Part shown: one piece after another, positions 26,407-37,400 of the stretch
Layout of the letters: each line of letters opens with the position of its first letter
Position numbering within the stretch: the first letter of the stretch is position 1
Origin: an uncultured Paraprevotella sp.
GTDB lineage: Bacteria > Bacteroidota > Bacteroidia > Bacteroidales > Bacteroidaceae
NCBI GenBank assembly: GCA_964466445.1
Contig: CAYXQT010000003.1
Span: 1-43,101, forward strand
Direction of reading: 5' to 3'
DNA length: 43,101 nucleotides
Notes under the pieces: model-generated
Databases searched by the model: none
The model's input: only the letters and a program-made list of their open reading frames with translations
Told to the model about the DNA's origin: nothing
Position numbers and translations under genes: made by a program

Positions 26407-27263
26407 CGAATCCCGTAATCTACACGTCCGAATGCCTGTCCACGGACAGAGCCACTGCCTCCGTTTCCGCATCACTTCATGCCGCTCTCGACAAGCTGAA
26501 AGTCGGGCATCGTGTACTTGCAAACGCCAATGACTATTGGATTCGCGACTTCATGCCCGTGTGCCTGTCTGCAGACGGGACTTATGCAAGATATGAATAT
26601 CGGCCGGACTATCTATGGGACGATGAGGACAAACGGCGGTACATCACCCGTCAAAGTGACGCTTGCGACGGGCTGGATTTGTTTGCTCCCAACGATATGA
26701 ACATCATCTTCGACGGCGGGAATTATGTCCGTTGCGGTAACAAGGTGGTGATGACAGATAAGGTTCTGATGGAAAATCCGCGATGGCATTTGGACGAACT
26801 TTTCCGACATCTTACCGACACTTTGTGTGCCGACATCGTCCTCTTGCCTTGGGACATGGAGGACGAATATGGACATTCGGACGGCATGCTCACGTATCTT
26901 GGCGAGGAGCGTGTATTGCTCAACAATTATCGTCAGGAGATACGGGGAAGGGAGGACAAGGATTACTACTTACGGCTGACAAAAATACTCGAAGCACATT
27001 TTGACATAGTTGAACTGTCATACGACTGCGAGTTAGACCCCGACTCTTGGTGTTATCTCAACTACTTGGAGCTTCCGGAGGCGATTCTTCTCCCGTGCTT
27101 GTCGGAGCAAGTCGATTGCGACAATGATATGGCGGCAAAAGAGACATTCACCCGTCTGTTCCCACGGAAAGAAATAGTGCAGATTTACGCCAAGCCCTTG
27201 ATTCGCAGGGGTGGCGCGTTGCACTGCGCGACGTGGGAATATTATCACAGGGATTGTTCGTAA
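26403..27263 (+). CDS. Agmatine deiminase/PPAD-family (pentein) enzyme, short form
   Basis: WIRDFMP, DGGN, GHSDG, YLNY, GGALHCATW; ATGA overlap with the upstream stop. Confidence 0.9.
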   Translation: MTNPVIYTSECLSTDRATASVSASLHAALDKLKVGHRVLANANDYWIRDFMPVCLSADGTYARYEYRPDYLWDDEDKRRYITRQSDACDGLDLFAPNDMNIIFDGGNYVRCGNKVVMTDKVLMENPRWHLDELFRHLTDTLCADIVLLPWDMEDEYGHSDGMLTYLGEERVLLNNYRQEIRGREDKDYYLRLTKILEAHFDIVELSYDCELDPDSWCYLNYLELPEAILLPCLSEQVDCDNDMAAKETFTRLFPRKEIVQIYAKPLIRRGGALHCATWEYYHRDCS

Positions 27264-27387
27264 CTGTTCAAGTAAATGGCATACTGTTTCTCCTATGTAT
27301 GCCGATTTGTAATAAAGAAAACGCCCCATGGGGCAAAGGAGATTATACCGGATCAATGAACGAAGTTCGGCTCTCGAAAAGGCATGT

Positions 27388-28067
27388 ATAGATTCAAGAT
27401 GGAAATGCAACCTCCTCCCTCCGCCCTTGAAGCATAACGGAAAGGGCGGGGGAGGAGAAGAAAGCGGCAAGGGTCATCCGGCAATACAGAAAATAAAGGG
27501 GAAGAGCGTCTGCCGCCCCGAAAATCAATTGCCCGTGAGCAGAGATACGAAAGCTGTCCGGGGTTAAAGGAAGGCAGAAGCCAGAAAACCATTGCGCGGC
27601 AGATAAATGTTCACTCCTCGACCGCAGGCAGGGAAAGACAAGGCACAACCCGACCCGTTCGGGACGTTACGTCGGCGTATGGCACGGGAAAGCGCGGACA
27701 TCCGCAAGGAACGCATTCATGGCCATGAGGTTGATTCTCCCTTGCCGGAAGAACGTGCCGACCGTCACCACGGACAACGGAAGCGGGTCCGCATGCCATA
27801 AGAAGATAGCAAAAGCCCCCGGTACGACCGTCCATTCTGTAGGTTCATGCGTCTCATGGCAGAAAGGTGTCATCGAGAATGGGAACAAGTTCATCCGGCA
27901 ATACCTCCCGAAAGGGACCGGCCTCAGGGTGCTGACGGACGGGATTATTAAAGGAGTAGGATACATGATAAACAAGAGGCCAAGGGAGAAACTGAACTTC
28001 TCTATTCCTATAGATAAGGAGTCTTTCAACTCGATTTCGTAATATTGCACTTGCCAGTTGACTCTGC
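27388..28067 (+). mobile_element. Internally deleted IS30-family element (~680 bp)
   Basis: Imperfect terminal IRs ATAGATTCAAGATGGAAATGCAA (27388-410) / TTGCACTTGCCAGTTGACTCTGC (28045-67) enclosing transposase fragments. Confidence 0.8.
27719..28042 (+). pseudogene. IS30-family transposase C-terminal fragment
   Basis: TTDNGS, SWQKGVIENGNKFIRQYLPKG, INKRPREKLNF; conserved DNGxEF and YFADPY motifs degraded. Confidence 0.88.
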
Positions 28068-28100
28068 AACTCTGCCGTGCCTTAGAAAACCCACGTTTTC

Positions 28101-28132
28101 TTTGTGGATTCAAAAAACATTGTTTATTTTTG
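28101..28132 (+). promoter_or_regulatory. Promoter for rpsU
   Basis: TTTG (28101-04), 20 bp, TATTTTTG (28125-32). Confidence 0.7.
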
Positions 28133-28178
28133 CATTGTAATTTGCGAAGATTAGTATTCATATATTAAAAACAAAAAC

Positions 28179-28370
28179 ATGATTGTAGTACCTGTAAAAG
28201 AAGGCGAGAACATCGAGAGAGCTCTGAAGAAATTCAAAAGGAAATTTGAAAAGACGGGTGTCATAAAGGAGCTGAGGCGCAGGCAACAGTTTGACAAACC
28301 ATCAGTGGTCAACAGGCTTGCCAAGGAACGTGCGATTTACATTCAGAAAATGCAACGCGCAGAAGAATAA
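28179..28370 (+). CDS. rpsU: 30S ribosomal protein S21
   Basis: MIVVPVKEGENIERALKKFKRK...FDKPSV. Confidence 0.97.
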   Translation: MIVVPVKEGENIERALKKFKRKFEKTGVIKELRRRQQFDKPSVVNRLAKERAIYIQKMQRAEE

Positions 28371-28436
28371 TTTCAACGGCTTTTCTTTGGCCTCTCATTT
28401 TTTATTTCCTGTGTCCGTTGTCGTGAAACGTGAGAA

Positions 28437-29318
28437 ATGTGGATAGAGTCTTTTTTGGAATACTTGACGGTTGAACGAAACTACTCGTCGAGAACGGTTG
28501 AAGAATACCGTGACGACTTGAATGCGTTTGAAGCGTATTATAAAAAGGTGGATTCCGCATTGTCGTGGGAAACGATAGACGGGGATGTAACAAGGGATTG
28601 GGTGGTGTCAATGATGGAGGCCGGACGTGCGGCCGCTACGGTTAACCGTAGATTGAGCGCCGTGCGTACGTTTTATCGGTATTTATTGAAACGGGGCGGG
28701 ATAAAAGTAGATCCCGTGAGAAATATACAAGGCCCCAAGAAAAAAAGGCCATTGCCGGTATTCCTGAAAGAAAAGGAGATGGATAGCCTTTTAGATGGTG
28801 GTTTCTTCGGTGATGATTTCTTGGGCAAGAGAGATAAGCTGATAGTGAATACGTTTTATGTAACGGGAATCCGCCTTTCAGAGTTGACAGGTCTGGACAA
28901 TCAGGATGTGGATTTGCAAGGAGGAGTGATAAAGGTGACGGGGAAACGGAACAAACAAAGGATTGTTCCTTTCGGTAGAGAGCTGGATGAATTGTTCAGG
29001 ATGTATATGGAGGAGAAGTCATCTTTGGGCATGGAAGACGGAAGCGCGATGTTCGTGGACGAGAAAGGTGTCCGGCTCACAAATGCGAAAGTGCGGAATC
29101 TTGTGCGGCATTATTTAGGGATGGTGACCACACAGAAGAAAAGGAGCCCGCACGTATTACGGCATACTTTTGCAACCTCGATGATGAACCATCACGCAGA
29201 TTTGGAATCTTTGAAAGAGTTGTTGGGACATGAGAGTATCTCCACTACCGAGATTTATACGCACACGACTTTTGAGGAATTAAAAGATATGTATAACCAG
29301 GCTCATCCAAGAGCCTAA
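28437..29318 (+). CDS. xerC: Tyrosine recombinase XerC-like (housekeeping)
   Basis: TGIRLSEL, GKRNKQR, PHVLRHTFAT, LLGH, TTEIYTH; rpsU-xerC-hpf context. Confidence 0.85.
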   Translation: MWIESFLEYLTVERNYSSRTVEEYRDDLNAFEAYYKKVDSALSWETIDGDVTRDWVVSMMEAGRAAATVNRRLSAVRTFYRYLLKRGGIKVDPVRNIQGPKKKRPLPVFLKEKEMDSLLDGGFFGDDFLGKRDKLIVNTFYVTGIRLSELTGLDNQDVDLQGGVIKVTGKRNKQRIVPFGRELDELFRMYMEEKSSLGMEDGSAMFVDEKGVRLTNAKVRNLVRHYLGMVTTQKKRSPHVLRHTFATSMMNHHADLESLKELLGHESISTTEIYTHTTFEELKDMYNQAHPRA

Positions 29319-29331
29319 AAAAAACAAGACT

Positions 29332-29631
29332 ATGGAAGTGAACATTCAGGCAATTCATTTCGATGCCACAGAAAAACTCCAGGATTTTATCAAGAAGAAA
29401 ATAGCGAAGTTAGGAAAGTTCAGCGAAGAGATAAGAAAGGTAGAGGTGTCATTGAAGGTTGTAAAACCCGAGACCTCCATGAATAAAGAGGTATCCATCA
29501 AGGTTCTGGTCTCGACGGGAGAGTTTTTTGCGGAGAAAGTTTGCGACACATTTGAAGAAGCAGTGGATGCGTGTTTGGATGCGTTGGTACGCCAATTGAC
29601 CAAGTATAAGGAAAAACAAAGAGATTATTGA
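29332..29631 (+). CDS. raiA: Ribosome hibernation factor (HPF/RaiA)
   Basis: IQAIHFDATEKL, FEEAVD...QL.KYKEK; 99 aa. Confidence 0.9.
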   Translation: MEVNIQAIHFDATEKLQDFIKKKIAKLGKFSEEIRKVEVSLKVVKPETSMNKEVSIKVLVSTGEFFAEKVCDTFEEAVDACLDALVRQLTKYKEKQRDY

Positions 29632-29649
29632 AAAAAAGGAGTTTTTTTG

Positions 29650-29680
29650 TTTGCGGTTTCAAAAAACAGACTTAACTTTG
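29650..29680 (+). promoter_or_regulatory. Promoter for the tRNA-tuf cluster
   Basis: TTTG (29650-53), 19 bp, TAACTTTG (29673-80). Confidence 0.75.
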
Positions 29681-29719
29681 TAGCCGTTTGGTGCATAATG
29701 TGAATATGGGGCTACGAAT

Positions 29720-29793
29720 GCCTCTTTAGCTCAGTTGGCCAGAGCACGTGATTTGTAATCTCGGGGTCGTTGGTTCGAATCCGACAAGAGGCT
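29720..29793 (+). tRNA. tRNA-Thr(TGT)
   Basis: GCCTCTT/AAGAGGC acceptor; anticodon loop TT TGT AA. Confidence 0.96.
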
Positions 29794-29828
29794 CGCGCAA
29801 GGATAGTGCGCGAAGATATATAATAGAA

Positions 29829-29911
29829 GGGCAAATACCAGAGTGGCCAAATGGGGCAGACTGTAAATCTGCTGGCTTACGCCTTCGGTGGTTCGAATCC
29901 ATCTTTGCCCA
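29829..29911 (+). tRNA. tRNA-Tyr(GTA)
   Basis: GGGCAAA/TTTGCCC acceptor; GCAGA-CT GTA AA-TCTGC; long variable arm. Confidence 0.96.
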
Positions 29912-29953
29912 CCTCCCGTCCCTTGAGCCTGCAAAAGGTGAAAGACGGGAATC

Positions 29954-30026
29954 GCGGAAATAGCTCAGTCGATAGAGCACTAGCCTTCCAAGCTGGGGGT
30001 CGCGGGTTTGAGTCCCGTTTTCCGCT
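29954..30026 (+). tRNA. tRNA-Gly(TCC)
   Basis: GCGGAAA/TTTCCGC acceptor; anticodon loop CT TCC AA. Confidence 0.95.
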
Positions 30027-30035
30027 CTGTTTTCT

Positions 30036-30107
<72 letters not shown>

Positions 30108-30154
30108 CGGAAGAGCATGGGATCATTCATTAATTAAATAATAAGGGAAAAGCT

Positions 30155-31336
30155 ATGGCTAAAGAGAAATTTGAGCGTACCAAACCTCACGTGAACATCG
30201 GTACCATTGGTCATGTGGATCATGGAAAAACCACTTTGACTGCCGCAATCACCGCGGTATTGGCAAAGAAAGGTTTGTCGGAAGTAAAATCGTTCGATCA
30301 AATCGATAACGCGCCCGAGGAGAAAGAGAGGGGCATTACCATCAATACGGCACACGTCGAGTATGAGACGGAGAAACGCCACTACGCGCACGTCGACTGC
30401 CCGGGACACGCCGACTATGTGAAGAACATGGTGACGGGCGCGGCGCAGATGGATGGCGCCATCATCGTGGTTGCCGCTACGGACGGGCCGATGCCGCAGA
30501 CGCGCGAGCACATCCTTCTGGCTCGTCAGGTGAACGTGCCGCGTCTGGTGGTGTTCCTGAACAAGTGCGACATGGTGGACGATGAGGAAATGCTGGAACT
30601 GGTGGAGATGGAGATGCGCGAGCTGTTGGCGGCTTACGATTTCGAAGAGGACACCCCGATTATTCGCGGCTCCGCCTTGGGTGCGCTCAACGGTGTTCCC
30701 GAATGGGAAGAGAAAGTGGTGGAACTTATGGACGCTTGTGATACATGGATTCAGGAACCCGTCCGTGATATCGAGAAACCTTTCCTGATGCCGGTCGAGG
30801 ACGTTTTCTCCATTACGGGCCGTGGTACCGTGGCAACGGGCCGCATCGAGACGGGTATCGTGAAAGTCGGCGACGATGTCCAGATACTTGGTTTAGGTGA
30901 GGACAAGAAGTCCGTGATTACCGGCGTGGAAATGTTCCGTAAGGTTTTGGACGAAGGAGAAGCAGGAGACAATGTCGGGTTGTTGCTTCGCGGCATCGAC
31001 AAGACAGAGGTCAAACGCGGGATGGTAATCACCCATCCGGGTTCCATCGTTCCCCATTCCGGTTTCAAGGCTTCCATTTACGTGTTGAAAAAAGAGGAGG
31101 GCGGCCGTCACACTCCGTTCGGGAACAAGTACCGTCCTCAGTTCTACCTGCGTACTATGGACTGCACGGGTGAAATCCACTTGCCGGAAGGCACTGAGAT
31201 GGTAATGCCGGGCGACAATGTGGAAATCACGGTGAATCTGATTTATCCGGTGGCTTTGAACGTAGGTCTGCGCTTCGCTATCCGTGAAGGCGGTCGTACG
31301 GTAGGCTCCGGTCAGATTACCGAGGTCTTCGACTGA
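30155..31336 (+). CDS. tuf: Elongation factor Tu
   Basis: [27 protein letters not shown]. Confidence 0.99.
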   Translation: MAKEKFERTKPHVNIGTIGHVDHGKTTLTAAITAVLAKKGLSEVKSFDQIDNAPEEKERGITINTAHVEYETEKRHYAHVDCPGHADYVKNMVTGAAQMDGAIIVVAATDGPMPQTREHILLARQVNVPRLVVFLNKCDMVDDEEMLELVEMEMRELLAAYDFEEDTPIIRGSALGALNGVPEWEEKVVELMDACDTWIQEPVRDIEKPFLMPVEDVFSITGRGTVATGRIETGIVKVGDDVQILGLGEDKKSVITGVEMFRKVLDEGEAGDNVGLLLRGIDKTEVKRGMVITHPGSIVPHSGFKASIYVLKKEEGGRHTPFGNKYRPQFYLRTMDCTGEIHLPEGTEMVMPGDNVEITVNLIYPVALNVGLRFAIREGGRTVGSGQITEVFD

Positions 31337-31377
31337 TTCGCAAGGTTGTCACAGGCTCTCCGGGCGGGGAGCCGTCC

Positions 31378-31453
31378 ACGGGAGTAGCTCAGTTGGTAGA
31401 GCACCGGTCTCCAAAACCGGGTGTCGGGAGTTCGAGTCTCTCCTCCCGTGCCA
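31378..31453 (+). tRNA. tRNA-Trp(CCA)
   Basis: ACGGGAG/CTCCCGT acceptor; CCGGT-CT CCA AA-ACCGG; encoded CCA. Confidence 0.96.
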
Positions 31454-31465
31454 AAACGGAAGAGT

Positions 31466-31657
31466 ATGTTCAAGAAGATTTTCAAATACTGCAAGGAATC
31501 GTACAACGAGCTTGTCCATAAGACGAGTTGGCCGACGCGATCGGAACTTACCAGCAGTGCGGTGGTAGTATTATCTGCTTCCCTACTCATCGCATTGGTT
31601 GTCTTCGCCATGGACTTCGTGTTCCAAAGCGTGATGGGGCTAATTTATCCTAATTAA
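31466..31657 (+). CDS. secE: Preprotein translocase subunit SecE
   Basis: ELVHKTSWPTRSEL plus one TM helix; start ATG 31466. Confidence 0.93.
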   Translation: MFKKIFKYCKESYNELVHKTSWPTRSELTSSAVVVLSASLLIALVVFAMDFVFQSVMGLIYPN

Positions 31658-31666
31658 TTGGGGAAA

Positions 31667-32212
31667 ATGGCTGAGACTGAAATGAAATGGTACGTCATGT
31701 GTGCCGTGAGCGGGAAGGAAAGCAAGGTGAAGGAGTACATTGACGCCGAAATCAAGAAAGGTGACTTCGGAAAATATGTCTCTCAGGTGCTGGTGCCGAC
31801 GGAAAAAGTAGTTCAAGTGCGTAACGGCAAGCGTATAGTCAAGGAACGTAACCATCTGCCGGGCTATGTGCTGGTAGAAGCGGTCTTGGCGGGCGAGACG
31901 CTTATGTTGTTGCGGAATACACCGAACGTATTGGGTTTTCTGGGAGAGTCCAACAGTGATCCTACTCCGTTGCGTCAGTCTGAGGTGAATCGCCTCTTGG
32001 GTGCCGTGGACGAAATGCGGGATGTACCGGAAGAGGTGTTGATACCTTATAGTGAGGGGGAAACGGTCAAGGTAACAGAAGGGCCTTTCAGCGGCTTTTC
32101 CGGCGTAATCGAAGAGGTGAACAGTGAGAAGAAGAAGCTGAAAGTAATGGTCAAGATATTCGGTCGCAAGACACCGTTGGAATTAGGTTTCATGCAAGTG
32201 GAGAAAGAATGA
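31667..32212 (+). CDS. nusG: Transcription termination/antitermination factor NusG
   Basis: KWYV, PGYVLVE, TPNVLGFLG, GPFSGFSG, IFGRKTPLEL. Confidence 0.97.
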   Translation: MAETEMKWYVMCAVSGKESKVKEYIDAEIKKGDFGKYVSQVLVPTEKVVQVRNGKRIVKERNHLPGYVLVEAVLAGETLMLLRNTPNVLGFLGESNSDPTPLRQSEVNRLLGAVDEMRDVPEEVLIPYSEGETVKVTEGPFSGFSGVIEEVNSEKKKLKVMVKIFGRKTPLELGFMQVEKE

Positions 32213-32270
32213 CGCGTCGTTACGCGTGTCGTTCTTAGAGTGTCAAATTCAATAAACAAATAACAAAAAA

Positions 32271-32714
32271 ATGGCTAAAGAAGTTGCCGGGATAATCAAG
32301 TTGCAAATTAAGGGGGGCGGCGCAAATCCATCACCTCCTGTGGGACCGGCGTTGGGTTCGAAAGGTATCAATATCATGGATTTCTGTAAGGCTTTCAACG
32401 CCAGAACGCAGGAGAAAGCGGGGAAGGTGTTGCCGGTAGTAATCACTTATTACACGGACAAGTCATACGACTTTATCGTGAAGACCCCTCCCGTGGCAGT
32501 ACAGTTGATGGAGATGGCGAAGCTGAAAAGTGGTTCCGCAGAGCCTAACCGCAAGAAAGTCGGTGAAATCTCCTGGGAACAAGTGCGTGCGATTGCTGAA
32601 GACAAGATGCCAGATCTGAATTGCTTTACAATAGAATCCGCAATGAAAACGGTTGCAGGAACAGCGAGGAGCATGGGCATCACCGTAAAAGGAGATTTTC
32701 AGGTCAATCATTAA
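32271..32714 (+). CDS. rplK: 50S ribosomal protein L11
   Basis: [19 protein letters not shown]. Confidence 0.98.
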   Translation: MAKEVAGIIKLQIKGGGANPSPPVGPALGSKGINIMDFCKAFNARTQEKAGKVLPVVITYYTDKSYDFIVKTPPVAVQLMEMAKLKSGSAEPNRKKVGEISWEQVRAIAEDKMPDLNCFTIESAMKTVAGTARSMGITVKGDFQVNH

Positions 32715-32728
32715 AATCTTCAATTAAA

Positions 32729-33430
32729 ATGAGTAAACTGACAAAAAACCAGAAGCTGGTAGCCAGCAAGATTGAAGCGGGGAAAGCATATTCCCTGAAA
32801 GAAGCTTCCCAGTTGGTGAAAGATGTCACGACAACGAAATTCGATGCTTCCGTGGATATCGACGTGCGTCTGGGCGTGGATCCGCGCAAGCCAAACCAGA
32901 TGGTGCGAGGGGTCGTGTCGTTGCCAAACGGTACGGGCAAAGTCACTCGGGTTCTTTGCTTGTGTCCTCCGGATACCGAAGCAGCCGCCAAGGAGGCGGG
33001 TGCCGACTATGTGGGTCTTGATGAGTATATCGAGAAGATAAGGGGTGGCTGGACTGACGTGGACGTTATCATCACAATGCCTTCGATAATGGGGAAGATT
33101 GGGATGTTGGGACGCATACTCGGTCCGCGCGGACTGATGCCTAACCCGAAGAGCGGTACAGTGACCATGGATGTGCCCAAGGCTGTAAAAGAAGTGAAAC
33201 AAGGGAAGATTGACTTTAAAGTAGACAAATTCGGTATCGTGCACACTTCTATCGGGAAGGTTTCCTTTACTGCCGGGCAAATAGCCCAGAATGCGAAGGA
33301 ATTTATTTCGACTATCATCAAGTTGAAGCCTACAGCTGCCAAGGGCACCTATATAAAGAGCATTTATCTTTCAAGTACGATGAGCCGCGGTATTAAAATC
33401 GATCCGAGAGCCGTCGAGGATATCCAATAA
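32729..33430 (+). CDS. rplA: 50S ribosomal protein L1
   Basis: [25 protein letters not shown]; start ATG 32729. Confidence 0.98.
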   Translation: MSKLTKNQKLVASKIEAGKAYSLKEASQLVKDVTTTKFDASVDIDVRLGVDPRKPNQMVRGVVSLPNGTGKVTRVLCLCPPDTEAAAKEAGADYVGLDEYIEKIRGGWTDVDVIITMPSIMGKIGMLGRILGPRGLMPNPKSGTVTMDVPKAVKEVKQGKIDFKVDKFGIVHTSIGKVSFTAGQIAQNAKEFISTIIKLKPTAAKGTYIKSIYLSSTMSRGIKIDPRAVEDIQ

Positions 33431-33442
33431 AGCAAATGAATC

Positions 33443-33961
33443 ATGAGAAAGGAAGATAAAGGTAATATCATAGTCCGCCTTGGCGAAATCCTGAATGAGT
33501 ATGCTCATTTCTATCTGGTTGACGTGACGGGTCTGAATGCTGCGGCAACCAGTATGATGAGGAGAAAGTGTTTCCAATCGGAAATTAAAATGGTGCTTGT
33601 GAAGAACACCTTATTTCATAAGGCATTGGAAGCGGCTGAAAAGGATTATACCCCTTTGTACGGTTGTCTAAAAGGCACGACGGCCGTGTTGTTCTCCAAC
33701 ACGGCGAATGCCCCCGCAAAGTTGTTGAAGGGGTTTGCCAAGAAAGGAATGCCCGCATTAAAGGCGGCTTATGCAGAGGAAGGTTTCTATGTAGGTGCGG
33801 AACAACTCGAAGCTCTTGCGACCATCAAAAGCAGAGACGAAGTCATTGCCGAGATTGTGGCTTTGTTGCAGTCGCCGGCGAGGAACGTACTTTCAGCCCT
33901 CCAGTCAGGCGGAAACACTATTCACGGGGTTCTTAAGACCCTTGGTGAAAGACCGGAATAA
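33443..33961 (+). CDS. rplJ: 50S ribosomal protein L10
   Basis: VKNTL motif; position between rplA and rplL. Confidence 0.96.
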   Translation: MRKEDKGNIIVRLGEILNEYAHFYLVDVTGLNAAATSMMRRKCFQSEIKMVLVKNTLFHKALEAAEKDYTPLYGCLKGTTAVLFSNTANAPAKLLKGFAKKGMPALKAAYAEEGFYVGAEQLEALATIKSRDEVIAEIVALLQSPARNVLSALQSGGNTIHGVLKTLGERPE

Positions 33962-34005
33962 TTAAAAATCAATCAGTAATCCAACAAATAAAAAAACAGA
34001 ATAAA

Positions 34006-34383
34006 ATGGCAGATTTGAAAGCTATCGCTGAAGAATTGGTAAATTTGACAGTTAAGGAAGTCAATGAATTGGCAACTATCCTGAAGGATGAGTACGGAAT
34101 TGAACCTGCCGCGGCTGCTGTCGCTGTGGCTGCGGGTCCTGTTGCCGGGGATGTCGAGGCTGCCGCTGTAAAAGATTCTTTCGATGTGGTATTAAAAAGC
34201 GCAGGTGCAACCAAGCTACAGGTAATCAAGGCTGTGAAAGAATCTTGCGGTCTCACCTTGAAAGAAGCGAAAGAAATAGTTGACGGTGCCCCCAATGTAT
34301 TAAAGGAAGGGATGCCGAAAGCTGATGCTGAAGCCTTGAAGAAGACTCTCGAAGAAGTAGGCGCTGAAATCGAGTTGAAGTAA
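34006..34383 (+). CDS. rplL: 50S ribosomal protein L7/L12
   Basis: LTVKEVNEL, Ala-rich hinge, [12 protein letters not shown]. Confidence 0.98.
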   Translation: MADLKAIAEELVNLTVKEVNELATILKDEYGIEPAAAAVAVAAGPVAGDVEAAAVKDSFDVVLKSAGATKLQVIKAVKESCGLTLKEAKEIVDGAPNVLKEGMPKADAEALKKTLEEVGAEIELK

Positions 34384-34412
34384 TCAAAGGCCTGTATCAG
34401 TACAGGCTTGCG

Positions 34413-34450
34413 GGTAAAGAATCCTCTGGTAGGGGGTTCTTTGCCTTTTT
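34413..34450 (+). terminator. Terminator/attenuator between rplL and rpoB
   Basis: GGTAAAGAATCCTCT-GGT-AGGGGGTTCTTTGCC followed by T5. Confidence 0.75.
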
Positions 34451-34491
34451 GTGCCTAAAACTACCAAAAGGTTGAACTAATAAAAATACAA

Positions 34492-37400
34492 ATGTCCTCT
34501 AACCTTGTAACCCAAAGAGTTAACTTTGCCACAGTCAAAAGCCCGATGCCTTACCCCGACTTTCTTGACGTGCAATTAAAGTCGTTCAAGGATTTCCTGC
34601 AGTTGGACACTCCTCCCGAGAAACGTAAAAACGACGGCTTATATAAAGTATTCTCGGAGAATTTCCCAATTGCCGACACGCGTAACAATTTCGTGCTGGA
34701 GTTCCTGGATTATTACATTGATCCGCCGCGCTATACAATCGAGGAATGCTTGGAGCGCGGGTTGACCTACAGTGTGCCACTTAAGGCCAAACTGAAGCTA
34801 TATTGCACCGACCCGGATCATGAAGACTTTGACACGGTTATTCAGGACGTGTTCTTAGGACCCATTCCCTATATGACCGACAACGGGACTTTCATCATCA
34901 ACGGAGCCGAACGAGTCGTGGTTTCGCAATTACATCGCTCGCCGGGCGTTTTCTTCGGGTCGAGTATCCATGCGAACGGAACGCAACTGTATTCGGCACG
35001 AATCATTCCATTCAAAGGTTCGTGGATAGAATTTGCCACGGACATCAACAATGTGATGTATGCGTATATAGACCGCAAGAAGAAATTGCCCGTCACGACT
35101 TTGTTGCGTGCCATAGGTTTTGAGGACGACAAGGATATTTTGGAGATTTTCAATCTGGCGGAGGAAGTCAAAGCAACGAAATCCAATCTGAAGAAGCAAA
35201 TCGGCAAGAAGTTAGCCGCACGCGTGCTAAAGAGTTGGATTGAAGACTTCGTGGATGAGGATACCGGCGAGGTGGTTTCGATAGAGCGTAATGAAGTCAT
35301 CTTGGATCGTGAAGCTGTCTTGGATGAAGAAAATATCCACACCATATTGGACAGTGGTGCTGAAAGTGTGTTGTTGCATAAGGAAGAAGCAAACACGTCT
35401 GATTATTCCATCATCTTCAACACTCTCCAGAAAGACCCCTGCAATTCCGAGAAGGAGGCCATATTATACATTTACCGCCAGTTGCGTAACGCAGACCCCG
35501 CAGATGATGCCAACGCACGTGAAGTAATCAATAACTTGTTCTTTTCAGAGAAACGTTATGACTTGGGGGAAGTGGGGCGCTACCGTATCAACAGGAAATT
35601 GAACCTTTCCACGGACATGGATGTCCGCGTGTTGACGAAAGAAGATATCATAGAGATTATCAAGTATCTGATAGAATTGATAAACTCAAAGGCACTTGTG
35701 GATGACATCGACCATTTGAGCAACCGGCGTGTAAGGACGGTAGGTGAACAACTGAGCAATCAGTTTGCCATCGGTCTGGTACGCATGAATCGTACAATCC
35801 GGGAACGCATGAACGTGCGGGACAATGAAGTTTTCACTCCGGCAGATTTAATCAATGCGAAGACCATTTCTTCCGTAATCAACTCTTTCTTCGGGACGAA
35901 TGCCCTTTCGCAGTTCATGGATCAGACTAACCCCTTGGCCGAGGTGACGCACAAGCGGCGTTTGTCCGCCCTCGGTCCTGGCGGCTTGTCCCGTGAACGT
36001 GCCGGTTTCGAAGTGCGTGACGTGCATTACACGCACTATGGCCGTTTGTGTCCTATCGAATCGCCTGAAGGCCCGAACATCGGCCTGATTTCCTCTTTGT
36101 GTGTGTATGCCAAAATTAACAGCCTCGGTTTCATCGAAACACCTTACCGCAAGGTGCATGACGGAGTGGTGGACTTGTCCTTGGGGACGGGCATTGAATA
36201 TCTGACAGCGGAAGAGGAAGAAGGCAAGGTTATCGGACAGGGTAATGCTCCGTTAAATGACGACGGCACGTTCATCCGTAAGAAAGTAAAATGTCGGCGG
36301 GATGACGACTATCCGGTCGTGCCTCCTTCCGATGTCAATCTGATGGATGTGGCTCCACAGCAAATTGCTTCCATCGCGGCGGCCTTGATACCGTTCTTAG
36401 AACACGACGACGCGCACCGGGCGTTGATGGGTTCAAACATGATGCGTCAGGCTGTACCTTTGCTGCGTAGCGAATCCCCGATTGTGGGTACAGGCATAGA
36501 GAAGCAGGTCTGCGAGGATTCGCGTACGATGATAACGGCAGAGGGTGACGGCGTGGTGGAATATGTGGACGCGACGACCATACGCATCTTGTATGACCGT
36601 ACGGAGGAGGAGGAATTCGTGAGCTTCGAGCCGGCACTGAAAGAATACCGTATCCCGAAATTCCGCCGCACGAACCAGAACATGACAATAGACTTGCGCC
36701 CGATTTGCGACAAGGGACAACGCGTGAAGGCAGGCGATATCCTGACGGAAGGCTACTCCACACACGAGGGAGAGCTGGCCTTGGGCAAGAACCTGCTGGT
36801 GGCTTACATGCCATGGAAAGGTTACAATTATGAAGATGCCATCGTACTGAACGAGCGTGTGGTACGCGAGGACATCCTGACATCCATCCATGTGGAAGAA
36901 TTTTCATTGGAGGTACGCGAGACGAAACGGGGAATGGAGGAGTTGACGGCCGACATACCGAACGTGAGTGAAGAGGCGACGAAAGATTTGGACGAGAACG
37001 GTATCGTGCGCGTGGGTGCACTCATCCAACCGGGTGACATCATGATAGGCAAAATCACCCCGAAGGGTGAGAGCGACCCCTCGCCGGAGGAGAAATTGCT
37101 ACGAGCCATCTTCGGTGATAAGGCAGGCGACGTGAAAGACGCATCATTGAAAGCTTCTCCATCGTTGAACGGCGTGGTGATAGACAAGAAGCTGTTCTCA
37201 CGTGCCATCAAGACGCGTGCGGCGAAGGCTGCTGACAAACTGCTCTTGCCCAAGATAGACGAGGAATTCAACAGCAAGGTGGCGGATTTGAAGTCAATCT
37301 TGATAGACAAATTGCTGGAACTGACGAAAGGCAAGGTTTCACAAGGCGTGAAAGACTACATGGGCAGCGATGTGATAGCTTCAGGCCGCAAGTTCACGGC

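Noticed and set aside
28437-29318. Tyrosine recombinase as island integrase or invertase for the surface locus
   Set aside because: About 290 aa with no arm-binding domain, in the usual rpsU-xerC-hpf context, so housekeeping Xer.
29954-30026. Non-canonical T-loop (TTTGAGT) in tRNA-Gly
   Set aside because: The rest of the cloverleaf is intact and, from recall, this variant occurs in Bacteroidetes tRNA-Gly; not a pseudogene.
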